From Patellaria atrata CBS 101060 (Eukaryota), in contig MU006091.1 of NCBI GenBank assembly GCA_010093705.1, positions 310,001 through 374,000 on the forward strand: a stretch of DNA of 64,000 bases, in the 5' to 3' direction. Numbering within the stretch: the first letter of the stretch is position 1; every line of letters begins with the position of its first letter. The notes under the pieces are model-generated. The model was not told the origin of the DNA and searched no databases. It was given only the letters and a program-made list of their open reading frames with translations. Below, piece after piece: positions 10,140 to 22,500 of this stretch. A program made the translations under genes and the position numbers.

Positions 10140-11468
10140 CGTTGTTTTGTTTTGTTTGTTCGATTGTGTGATGGGTTCGTCGGTTGTGTTTGTTTTTGGA
10201 TGGTTTTTTGCTTTGAGGGTTCTGAGGTCGTGATGGACGAGGGGGGGGAGGGCTGATTTATGTAGTAGTGATATCTTTGGGGGGCGGAGGTGGACGGTTG
10301 ACATGGACAAAGGGGTGTTTTGTAGTTCTTTGAGGTGGGGTGGAAAAAGAGTCGGAATTCTATAACAAAGGGTCATTGTGAGTTTTACCGTCGTATTCCT
10401 AACAACATCATTGTTTTATTCGGACGTGTCAATATTTTCCCCTTGTTTCCTTCTTTCACCCAGAACTAACTGAGGATATGGTACAGCCCCACGCGACTCT
10501 ATTTACCAATAGCGTTCCTTGAAAGAAATCTAGGTTCATTCTTAGTTGACCGTGCATTTCTCGCACGTTTAATGCGCATTTACGTGCGATAGTTTCTCAC
10601 AATTTTCTCCTCCCTTGCCTTGCGTCCTCCTTGTCAAAGAAAAGATTGGATAAAAAATTAGCAAAAACATGTTCTTTGTTCGTAGCGTGTGATAAGTCTT
10701 CGGCATGCTGGAAGTTTGATAAGTGGGTGTTAGACTTACGAATTCAAGTTCCGGATACTATCGTTCATAGCAAAACCAGCGCATTCCAAACCTACCGTCC
10801 ACACACTTAGATTAAGAAAACCCCCAACCCAACTATCAAAATAAAAGCAGAGACGGGACATAAATACCGTCAATATCGCACTACAAGCATCCAGTAAGGC
10901 AGATATAACCATTTAAACCCACCTCTCGTAACCAGACCAGACAGGAGAAACTGTTATTTTTTTTAGAAAAAGAAAAGAGGAACATATACTCCATCAATCC
11001 TACCAGATAGAACCAAGCCGTCTCTTTAGGGGCTGTCTATGTATTTTAGAGGGGCGGACAGGAGGTGGACGTGTTTAGTGTTTGGTGTTCGGTATGATAC
11101 GGTATGATATTTATCATTTCTTAGGTACTCAAAACTAAGCAAAAGTACTCTACTTACTTAGGTATTGACAAAAGGAGGGATACTTTATAGGAGTTTATAT
11201 AGTTATTGTATCGTCTTGGTACAAGTATTGATTGCACCCCGCCTGCGGGAAAAGAGGGATCAGTCGAATATAAACATCTCACCAAACATGACAAAGCCAC
11301 AACCTCCCTCGCCTTCACACTTCTCCCCTGTATCCTCCAAAGCAGAAAGTGGAAGTCCTCCGTTCGCGACCAAACGCTGTAGTCCACCACACCACTATAG
11401 ACAGTCAGCCAATCAATCCGTCCCCCATCCTCACACAAAAACCCACAAATTCGAATCCCACAAGCACC

Positions 11469-11748
11469 CTAAATATACGCCGGATCATCCCAGTTCTCCG
11501 GGCTGGCACAGTGAACCCTCAGCTACCCCGGTTGGTAATCGATCAGATCAGGCGCCGGCATGCCGTTATCGACGACGGGCGTAGGATTCGGGCGCGGCCG
11601 TTACGGTCGGTGCTGTCATGCCGTCGAGAATCGCGGGGCGCGGGCGCGCTGTTACTGTTGCTGTTGCTATTGCCCCGGGTGTTGTGGTTGGAGTGGGTGT
11701 TTTCATGAGCGCGAGGCTGACGTAGAGGACGATGAAAGAAGAGTTCAT
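11469..11748 (-). pseudogene. Small secreted peptide precursor, family copy 2 (frameshift plus TAG)
   Basis: MNSSFIVLYVSLALMKTP...; the shifted frame reads VVDNGMPAPDLIDYQPG*LRVHCASPENWDDPAYI*. Confidence 0.6.
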
Positions 11749-11955
11749 GGTTTTTTTTGGGAGGTTCCTGGGGTGGATTTGTGTTAGGATGGAGTTTGTT
11801 TGTTTTGGGTTGTGTGGTGGGATTTGTCGGGGTGGAGTTGTTTCCTTTGGGTGGTTCTGGGTTGTTATGGAGAACGGGGTGGTTTATGTGGTATTGATGT
11901 ATGTGGTATGAAGGTGGATGGTTGGCATGGATAAAGGACTATTGTAAAGTTCTTT

Positions 11956-12098
11956 GAAGCTGGTGATAAGAAGTAGGAGCTAATGACAGAGTAGAAGCTG
12001 GTGATAAAGAGTAGAAGCTGGTGATAAAGAGTAGAAGCTAGTGTTAAAGAGTAAAAGCTAGTGTTAAAGAGTAGAAGCTGATGATAAAAAGTAGAAGT
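11956..12098. repeat. 20-bp minisatellite, about 7 degenerate units
   Basis: Unit aagagtagaagctggtgata with variants such as ctagtgtta. Confidence 0.85.
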
Positions 12099-12719
12099 CT
12101 TACAAAAAGTCATTATAAGTTATAGGGGAGATCATACTGGAAGTCCCGACAAGTAGGTCTAAGACAACAGAGACACGTTCCTAGATACTGCTGGTCTATA
12201 GTAAACCAACGTATCCGAAATTTACCGTATACAAAATCAAGAGCACTCTTATTTAGCTCAAAAGATAAGCAAAGATGGCTGACAAACGGTTCGATGACCC
12301 ACTACCGGCATCCAGTAAGGTAACCAGTCAAACTCACCCCTCGTAACACGACCTAAGAGAGGAGAAATTCAAAACGAAAATGGGATACATACCTATCAAC
12401 CCTACAGATACTGTATGTATCCCCGCCCCGTTCATCCCCCTCGACCTTACCCTTACAAGCTCAAGTCACAAACTAGATCAAACTGATTGATCGGGATGTC
12501 GGGAAAACGGGGTGTATCTCGTAAGGGGGGTTCTAGATTATGGGGCGGAGGGGAGGTAGATGTGTTTTTTATTTGGTAGGGTATTTGTTTATTATTTTTA
12601 GTAGTTGAAAGTGGTTTATATTCCCTACTATATGCTCGATGAGAAGGAAAATGAGAACGAGAATGAGGGATATTCCATAGGGAATTTATATGGTTAACAC
12701 ACCACCAGCATGAGTCAGC

Positions 12720-13365
12720 AGCCATCTCTAAAATCTCTTTAAAAGGACGTGGATTTTTTTTTCGGTCAGTTACCTAACGCTTAGAGATAGAGTCAATCGA
12801 CATAGTTATTTAGGATCTCGTCGAGAAATGCCGCAGATTCGTGTGCGATATAAAATTTTAGTTAGGGTGATAAAAGTTCAGTGATCGAAAAGGGTGGTAT
12901 GAACTTAGGCGCCTTGGGTGCACATACCACCAACCCGACCGAACGGAATTATCTAAGATCACGGAGAAAAATCTCGACGATTAGTGTGCGATATAGATCT
13001 TTGACATGAATATGGTGGAAGTTCACTTTCCGGGACGTCGCCTCGCCCGATACGGAACTGCGACCCGGGCGTAGACTTGTGCCGAGCATCGGGTATTTGT
13101 CGGTGCGCGCACTGTGCGGTATCACCAGCACGAACTATATCCAAAATGTTGAACAAGTATTTAAAAAGGACGTGATTTTTTTGGTCGTCTATATAACGGT
13201 AAATAGAACAAGAAATCGACATACTTATCTAAAACCACGACGAAAAATCTCGACAGTTCGTGTGCAATATAAATTTTTGAGATGTAGGTGGTGGAAGTTC
13301 AGTTTCTCCATCACGTTACGCACTCGAGTACTCTTGGTATTGAAATCGTGCATTGCCCTAAAGGG
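12720..13365 (-). repeat. Degenerate repeat array (about 3 units), reverse complement of the 17.5-19.2 kb array
   Basis: Recurrent core tcgtgtgcratata...ggtggaagttcagt and ggacgtgattttt at about 12750-12880, 12950-13030 and 13165-13310. Confidence 0.75.
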
Positions 13366-13374
13366 GAATCCTCT

Positions 13375-13681
13375 CATTTTTCGTCGAACATCTACTGTCA
13401 TATTTTATTTTTGACTGAACTCACTGTTGAGATGAAAACTATTTTGGGATGAAATCAATGTTCTGTGAAAGAAAATTGATTTTACAAGGTCATGTTGAAT
13501 GACTTCACCTCAAAATCAATTTCATCTCGAGATCGGTTTCACCCCCCACGTGCCCCCCTAAAATTGGTACTATCTCAAAACTGGTACTACGTCACATGAA
13601 TTTCATCTCAGAATTGATTTCATCTGAACATTGACAGCTGTCAGAAACTGAAATGAGATCGTAGATGTTCAACGAAAAATG
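13375..13681. mobile_element. MITE-like non-autonomous element (~307 bp)
   Basis: Terminal inverted repeats catttttcgtcgaacatctac / gtagatgttcaacgaaaaatg (20/21 match), with imperfect complementarity extending ~80 bp inward. No ORF and no clear target-site duplication. Confidence 0.75.
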
Positions 13682-13838
13682 TACAATTTACCTGTTTGGG
13701 CTTAATCGTCCGTGCGTTACCGAAACCCCCGCCCTATTCGAAGACCCCTGTTTCGTCTCTCGTTCTAACTACCAACGCGTATACTTAACGGCCAAAGGGA
13801 GTGGATATGTCCCGCATCATTCAGCTACATCATTCTAA

Positions 13839-16579
13839 ATGGCTCACCTGGCCAGGTTAACGAATCTCGCAGACGAGTTGGTCAGATCGTTAACTCCTTC
13901 ATCATTATCAGTACGCAATCCCTCCGTTTCGCATCATCCCTCCATGACTTATACTGAGTAGAAAAGCCCTCGTGAGTTCAAACAATGCAAAGATCAAGCT
14001 TTGAAAGGAATACGCTCCCAACAATACGCTCGTGTCGACCAATTCGACGTTCAGGCCCACTACGAGGGACTGGTGGAAAAGTTCGTTGTGCTCCATAGAG
14101 AAGAGCTAGCAACAGCGCTCGAAATAAGATTAGATGAATTGTCTAAACGGAGTTCCAAGTGGACACCTGAGATTTTGTTCTTATTTTTGAGTCTTTCTGA
14201 TCGACCTGCTGAGAAATCGGATGTCAAAGATCTGGAACTTCTGAAACCACCGCCGTCACCCCCGCAGTTGACTTGGGCGGAAATTATTGCAGACGATCCC
14301 CTAGATGAAGAGGGCGTCTGGGACGATATCGACTATGCTGCTCAGAGTTCAGATGATGAGCGAAGTACGAAGGGGCGTCACCGATCACCTTCTCTCGGGA
14401 GTAGTCCACCTCTCACGCCTGCAGAGGTTGGAGTTGATGCTTCTCCGAGCGATTATATCGTTGTCCCTGAAACAAGCATCCTTGACGGAATTGAAGATGC
14501 TCAATTCTGGAGAGAAGGCAAGGAAACACCAGGGAAGGCTGCTGAATCCACGCCTCACTCTAAATCAACTGAAATCAGCGAACTACAAGCCATCAGAGAG
14601 ATCCTCTTCATGTTAGCAGGACTACCGACTGCACTATTTCAATACGATGAACGTTCCGGTATTATAAGGTACGTTCCAAAATTTAGACTGAGTCATGCTA
14701 TGGTAGATACATTCCACCAAACTCTCGACTCTTTCTTAAGGATTGGTACCGCACTATGGCATCTACGGCTGTTCATCAAGCAACAGCAAAGCATCCCACT
14801 TCTTCAAACCTTTCATGCTGTCGTAACTCGCCGTCTTAGAGACTTCGATATCCGCCTGTCAACTATTTCTCAAAGACTGATGGGGCATGATAAGCCCATA
14901 GTAGTAAGCTTAATCCAACTACAGTCAGAGATATCTTCACTATCTCGAAATCTACTCGTGCTAGCTCGATTAGTCAATGATTTTGCTTTAGTAGCAGAGA
15001 CGCAGCCTTTCCTGCATCTGGAAGCATTATACCAACAGAGCAGTGAAGCACAAATGGTTGGGGATGCAGATGCATTGGAATTCTTCGGTACATTATTCTT
15101 CGAATGTCTTCAAACATATTTGAGGCCAATCCGGCAATGGATGGAAATGGGGGAATTAATACCGGATGACAAAATTTTCTTTATTTCAGTCATGGACCGT
15201 AGTAGTGAAGCTTCAAATCTATGGCATGATCGATACTCTCTTATGTACGGCAACAAGGGTCGTCTTCACGCACCAACATTTCTGCAACCGGCAGCGGAGA
15301 AGATATTCAAGTCTGGTAAAAGTGTGATATTTCTAAAAGAGCTTGGGAACAAGGCAAGCCATAATTCGAGGGTTGATACTGAGCCACCACTCACCTTTGA
15401 GAGTTTGTATGGATCTGATGAAATAAACCTTCTGTCTCCGTTCTCTGAAATGTTCAATACGGCTTTTCAAAAATGGATGGCGAGTAAATATAGCTTTGCT
15501 TCCACCATACTACGACAGCAATTGTACGATGAATGTGGCTTGTGGGATATGTTAGACTCTCTGGAATACTTGTACTTTTCTAGAGATGGAACAATCTTTC
15601 AATCCTTTGCCGACACAATATTCGAGAAGCTTGATGGAGGTAGGGGTGTCTGGAACGATCGATTCGTCCTCACTGAAATTGCTCAGAGTATCTTTAGTAC
15701 TATTCCGTCTATTGACAGTGGACATATTTTCGTACGTACTACCACAAACAGTAAAGGACGTTCCGTGAAAGCTTTTTCTAGCATACGTATTGACTACACC
15801 GTAAGTCATTCAGTCTAATCTCTCTATTATAAATTAATGAAGAAAAGATCCCCTGGTCCATCGCCAACGTAATCCAGAAGTCCTCCATCGCCGTATACCA
15901 ACAAACACACACCCTACTCCTCCAAACCTATCGCGCGAAGTACGTCTTACGCAAGCTCGCACTTCGAACTCAAAAGTCCACAGCGCAAAGCTACCACCTC
16001 CGCCACCGCCTCCTCTGGTTCACCGATGTCCTCCACTCGCACCTGACGGAAAACGTGCTAAAGCCCATGTCCATCGATCTCCGCCAGAAAATGGACAAGG
16101 CGGAGGACATCGATGCTATGTCCTCTGTTCACGAAAATTTTGCAACAACAGTTCAATCCCGGTGTTTGCTCTCCGGAAACCTTGCGCCGATTCGTCAAGC
16201 TGTGGTCTCGTTACTTGATCTTGCGGTTTTGTTCGCGGATACGCAGGCTAAGGAGACGAAACTGTCGGCATCTAATACACCGGTCGAAGGTCAGCACCAG
16301 GTCTCCCCGTCCCGGGCTCGTCATTCTCGCAAACTGAGACGTGGCCAAACCTCAACCGAAGATGCCTACTCCGAGCCAGAATCTGAAGAAGAAGACTACG
16401 ACGCTCATTCTGATTCTGACATCGGGAGTCAGGGATCTTATGAGGAGAAATTGCGGAGGATGCGCGAGCACTTCGACAAGTTGAGATACTTCGTTACAGT
16501 GAGCTTGAGGGGTGTCAGTAGGGCGGGCGGAGAGACAAGCTGGGAGATGCTGGCGGACAGGTTGGAGTGGGAGAGCTGA
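13839..16579 (+). CDS. GCP5: Gamma-tubulin complex component, Spc97/Spc98 family (GCP5-like), 2 introns
   Basis: ARVDQFDV..YEGLVEKF, WTPEILFLFLSLSDRP, ISELQAIREILFMLAG, YLRPIRQWM, WNDRFVLT, C-terminal WEMLADRLEW. Introns at about 13911-13961 and 15801-15848. Confidence 0.85.
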
Positions 16580-16900
16580 TTGGGAGGTATGATTTTCGGC
16601 CTGTATGTCCTACCATAAGCTCCCGGTACGCTTACGGTAATCTCGTCCTGAGCCGAAGTCTCAAACAATGGTTCTTTGACCCATGATACCGAGTGAAAAA
16701 AACTTTCAAACAATAGCCCTTCAAAGCACGATACATCCCACGAGTCAAAAAGCCCTTGTACGCATCATCTCCTTAAACAACCCGCTCCGCCCCTATTCCT
16801 TGCGCTCCCTAGATTCCACGCACAAAACTACTTTTCATAACTACATCACTCGAACCAACATACACACATACCCACCAAACACCAGACCAACGCACAAACA

Positions 16901-17153
16901 ATGAACCCCTCCCTCTTCGCCCTCCTCGTCAGCCTCGCGCCCATGAAAACACCCGCTCCCACACCCACACCCACATACGGCGTCGACAGCGGCATGCCCG
17001 CCCCGATCCTAACCACCGCCGCTCCCCGCCCAACATATGGCGTTGATAAATGGCATGCCCGCGCCTGATTTGACGGATTATCACACCGGGCAGCTGAGGG
17101 TCCACTGTGCCAGCCCGGAGAACGCAGATAATCCGGTCTGTCGAACGATTTAG
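16901..17153 (+). pseudogene. Small secreted peptide precursor, family copy 3 (+1 frameshift at ~17050)
   Basis: MNPSLFALLVSLAPMKTPAPTPTPTYGVDSGMPAPILTTAAPRPTYGVD; removing one A from gataaatggc restores NGMPAPDLTDYHTGQLRVHCASPENADNPVCRTI*. Confidence 0.6.
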
Positions 17154-17478
17154 TGTGGTCGAGAGGTATAGGGAATTGTGAGGTTTTGTTTTTGTGTGTT
17201 TGATGGGATGGGGGATCATATCGTACTATACCTCTAACATAGAAATAGAGGGTTCTCCTACTACTATAAATTGGAAGCGTGAAGTGTGAAGTGTGAAGAG
17301 GGTTTAAGCGAACTTGTAATGACTTATCAGATGTTATCCACTTTCTGGGGTAGATCCTAGGAGTTCTGCAGTCAATGCATGTCGATTTGTCTGACTATTT
17401 TCGAACGGGTGGGATCGAAGGTTCGAGGGATTTGGATATCGGAGTCCATGCACCCAAGACGCCCAGGCCATCTACACC

Positions 17479-18840
17479 GTTGCCCTTGGCAACGCGATTC
17501 TGTTCACGTCACCTTACTTTTTTTAGAAAACGGAACTTCCTCCACCATCAAATCTTAAAAATTTGATATTGCACACGAATCGATGACATTTCCCGAGGAG
17601 ATTGTTTATAATGATACGAATTTACTCTATCTCTACCTGGGAAGAAAATGACCAAACAAAAAATCACGCTCTTTCGAAGGATATTTTATAGACCTTCACG
17701 CCAAGACTTAGATATAGCTCGTACGTGCATCTAAATCTAAAAGCATTCGCGTGACGCGTCTCCGGTCTACTCTTCTAGGAAACTGAAATTTCACTACCAA
17801 ATCTTAAAAGCTCTATTGTACTCTGTCACGATCTGGATCTCAACGATCGTAACAGTGGTTAGTGGCACGATGGATTAACGTCGGTCTATAGGCCTTGGCA
17901 CACATGTAGATATATCTTTCCCTACCACCACGTAGATAGCTCCTCAACTTGTTATCCTTCGTCAATAGTAGTATCGTTATGGCCAGCTCGCATCTGAAGA
18001 TACTCGCTGTGACATACGCGAATCTACGAGATTTCTTCACGCGATCTTAGAAAAGTATATGGGTTTCCTCCATCTCTAACCGTTAAGTAAATAAGTAAAA
18101 AAAAAAAAGAAAAAAGAAAAATTACATCCTTTTAAGAGATTTTGGAGCTATATATTGAAAAAGATGTTTAGGTAGCCCTTTATTACTTAGAGTAACGTAA
18201 CTTCCTTTAAGTTACTTATAGAAAAGTGAACTTCGCCCGCTAAATATCAAAAATACTATACTATATAAAAATTTTTGAGATTTTATAATAAGGTCCTTAA
18301 TCACTATATAAAGTTCCTCTATCTTTACCCGCTAAGAAAATAACTAAAAGAAAATCACGACCTTTTCTAAGACTTTAGATATAGCTTAGGTCGGATCCCG
18401 TAACCTAGGGTAACGTACCTTCGTTCACGTCTCTTTTAGAAAACTGAAATTCTACCACCAAATATCAAAAATTTCATATAGCACATGAATCGATAAGATT
18501 TTTAAACGTGATTTTAGATAACCGTTTAGATTTCATCTATCTCTAACCGTTAAGGAGACAACCAAAAAATAAAATAAAAATCACGAGATTTAAGACCCGG
18601 CTCGGGCTAGCGATACTTCAGCTACATCGAGAAAAGACGCCTCGTAGGCCGTCTACCCCGTTGCCTAGGGCAACGCAACTTTCCACCTCATGTTCGTTCA
18701 CCTCACTTTCAGAAAACTGAACTTCAACCGGCAAGTCTCCAAAACTTTATATCGCACACTAATCCGTAAGATTTTGTAATGGGATTCTAAATAACTGCTT
18801 GAATTTGCTCCATTCCCAACCGTTAAGCAGATAACCTAAA

Positions 18841-18873
<33 letters not shown>

Positions 18874-19210
18874 CATAGTAATAATAATCACGCTCTTTCA
18901 AAGAACGTCTTAAGGACTTTCGACGCCAAGGCTGCGTATATACTTACGTCCGGGAGCTCCTGTCGTGGTGGCGGTACAGTACGTGCGTCCAAAATGGTTG
19001 CTATGGCAATACAACTTCACGTTCGCTCTTTCGGAAAAAGTGAACTTCCACCACTAAATCTTAAAAACATTAAACCGCACATGAAACGATGAGATTTTTT
19101 AGCGAGATTTTAGATAACTGTTTAGATTTACTCTATTTCTAATGGTTATAGAGATGACCAAAAAAATCCAGGTCTTTGAAAGGATATATCAAGGACATTT
19201 CTATGCGAAG
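17479..19210 (+). repeat. Tandem array of about 6 degenerate 250-330 bp units, most starting with an X-box palindrome; includes an (AAT)n tract at 18841-18887
   Basis: Shared core agaaaaNtgaactt..caccaaatNtNaaaa..gcacaNgaa..ctctaaccgttaag..aaaatcacg. Unit starts near 17479, 17750, 18182, 18400, 18660 and 18997. Confidence 0.8.
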
Positions 19211-19519
19211 ACCCTCGCGCCACGATAGAGCGGGAGATAGTCTACCATTATACAACTTATCTATCAATAGTCATCACGGGATGGAACATGTAGAACCTGA
19301 AGATTAAATACCATATACGCATTGCTTTCTACTCTACCCACTTTTATGCTTCCAACAACCTAAAACCACGATTCACGCCCACACGAACACCAAATCGACC
19401 GTATACTATACAAATATGCCTCTCGAGCCCTCTCAGAAAATCAACGCCAACAAATGCACACAAAAGCACCACCTTCCAAGATGACTAAATGTACATGTGT
19501 CGAACAGCCAGCAAAACCA

Positions 19520-22500
19520 TCACACACACTCCCACTCCGCAAAAACGCACCATCTCGCGCTTCGATCCGCGAGAACCAATCCCCTCCAAATCCCCCTCTC
19601 ACCGATCTTGATGACCGTCTCCCACGTGGTCCCATCACCGTTTTCGCCCGCTCCCATCATATGCTCGCTCTTGCGCGTGAACCTGATGATCTTGCCCGCG
19701 GGACTCTGTACCGCTAACTTTGCCGGCTTCACACTACCCGCGCTCCCCCCGGCACTGCTCGGGTTGGAATATTGAGAGCCGGAGGCTGAGGTGCTGATCA
19801 TGCTGAGGGCGGAAGTCGGTCGAACGAAGGGATTCGGGGTTGTGCGGCCGTTGTTAGTCGTACTGGAGGGATCCGGAGAAGAGGCGGTGGACGAGGGATT
19901 TTGGCGGACGGTGAAGACGAAGGTGTTGTTGACGGCAAGGCGGGCGCATTGAGGTTGGGCGACGTAGAGGTCGTGTCTTTGAGCGTGGGGTGTTGGATGT
20001 AAAATTAGGAAGTCGTAAGGTGGGTTGGTGCCGGAGTGGGTGAGGGGAAGAGCGAAGCTGAGAGGATGAGGATTGGATTTAATGGAGTGCTATAGATAAT
20101 GATTAGCGAAAAGGGTAGGCGAGGATTGAAGAAGCGGTTTAACTTACCATTAGGCCACGTTTGCCAGTATACACTTTGAGAATGGCTTGGCCTTCATCGC
20201 CTGGTAGGATTGCTTTGACTGTATAACGCTTCCTACCTCCTATCCACTCGGCTTGAGCGAGAGCTCTCTTCCTCACTAGCTCACCGCTTTCAAAGAAGTC
20301 ACCATCTGGATCCCTAGCAAATTGTCGAGCTTCCACTTCAGCCACACATTCCACATCTTCGGGAACATAGAAATTGATGTGGGCCATTTCTAGGTTGTCG
20401 AGGTTTAGCAGGCTAGTATCGAAGTCGACCAACTCCAACCCATTCTTGAAGTACGGCGGGCATGTACAAGGTAAAGCCATCAAAATATCATGTGCCAGTG
20501 GTGGGCAAATATGCTGCTGCTCTGGCAAGAGAGGGACATGTGTATAGCAGATCTCTGTCGGTCTGGTTAGGAACCACCATCCATCAGCGACATGAGACCC
20601 AGCGCTCGAATACTGCGACCGTTTCGGATTCGTGGGATTTGCTAACGAGCAATCCATGATACGCCATTCGCCATCAACAATGACCGTATTCCACCAGTGA
20701 TTTGGACGAGCGACCATATCAAAATCTAGGGCTTCTCCGGGACTTTTGAGATATCCACGGACTATTTCAGCATGAAGGCCCATAGCACTGCACATTTCTG
20801 CAACAAGAAGTGCAATTTCTTTGGAACAGCCTCGCTTGGTCTGAATTACCCTTCTGGAATCGATTTCACCCACAAAATCCTCTTCCCACGCGACACGCTC
20901 GCTAACCCAGGTGAAGATAGCACGTAACCTTTGGACATCACTCCTGTATGGTCTACAGACATAACCCTGGGCAAGACTTGCTGGAGTCGTCATTGGAGGT
21001 AGATTATTAATGAACCGGGAGCTTTTGTCGACTAGGGCAAGGTTGCAGAGCGTGAAATCTGTTGGATCGAGGATAGGTAGGCCGTCTAACCCTTCGTCTC
21101 CTTCGACCGTCTCAGTGAGTATGTCCACAGGATTGATGACTGCGATATCCATCATCTGGCACCGTTCTGCTCTTTCTACTTTCTCATTTTTACTCAATGA
21201 ATTCGATCGATTAACATCTCGTCGAACCTGTACCCAGTCTACGCAGCTTCCAAGGCCCATATCTCTCGCGGCTGCACTTGATCCCGGTCTGGATTGACCA
21301 CCAGAAATACCCGTAAAGCTACTAGGAATCATTTTGCTTTGCCGCGATACGGGCCTGCTACTAGGATTTGATGATATCGTAGTCCTTGCGCTCGCTGCTC
21401 CAGTTTTGGCTGATTCGATCATCTTCTTGAAAAAGCCGCTTTTCTTTGGTTTTGGTGCAGCCAGTCCGCCCAGAATCCCTCCCCCATCGTTAACGTTGGT
21501 TGCCCAATCTTCATTATTGGACCTAGAGTCGTGACTGCTGTGGTATGAAACACCCGTGAAAGGAGATTCTGGCCGATCATTGAACCCAACTATGCTGCGG
21601 CTTTGACGTGTATCCATAACACTTTGCGGTCTTTCTTTAATGGTGCCTCCAAGACCCCATTTTCTCCTAGCTAGACTACCCGCACTAGTAGCACTGACGC
21701 CGCCCGCCGAAGAATGACTCATCAAGCTTCTGTTGGTTGACTGGGTGGTGTTACTGCTGTTGGTAGTGGTGCTTTGTATGGTTTTGGTGGTAAAGGTTCT
21801 TCCTAAGGCTTCACGGCTAAGCTCATACGCAGATTTTCGATTCTTAAGCCTTCGGGAGTCTTGTCGTGGTGGTGCAGGATCTGATTGTTGGCTATCAGAC
21901 GATTGAGGTCTACCCATATACGGCGAGTTCTTGGGAGGAGGAGCTGGAGATGGTTCTGTAGTATCTGTAGGTAGGAAAAGCTCATCCTTATGTCGGCGCT
22001 CCTCTTGCTGTTGCATCTTTCTCAGTCTACTTTCCATCCGTCGAACATAGTTCTTAACTTGCGGAGGGCCATCATCTTGCCAGTCATCTTCATACTGACC
22101 GTTTTCTTCTGTGCCGTACCCACTATCCTGTGACATACCGATTCCCATAGATGTGTGCGCCCTTAACTTTCGAGTATTTGAGCTGTATGCTTGATCGAAT
22201 GCTTCTGGTGACCACATTTCAGGGGATCCGGGTACTTGAGTGTTCTGTATTGAATTTTGGCGAGACACGCTCATGTCTTGTAGAGATGACATGACGTCGT
22301 TCATAGCATTTGTGAGAGGAGATGGAGTGAAGTTATTGCGCTCTGGCATAGGTGATGGCGGTCCTGGAGTGTGGTATCCGCTTCCATATTGATGGGTATC
22401 ATCGTACTGGGCCATGGGGGATGGAACCCGACTAGGGTTATATGCGACACGATGTGGTGGAGGCGCAGGCGGGGGAGGTGAGGATCCGACATCTTCGTAT

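Noticed and set aside
9858..17153. Dikaritin/KEP-type RiPP cluster
   Set aside because: No KR/RR Kex2 sites between the repeats and no DUF3328 or tyrosinase gene seen in the window.
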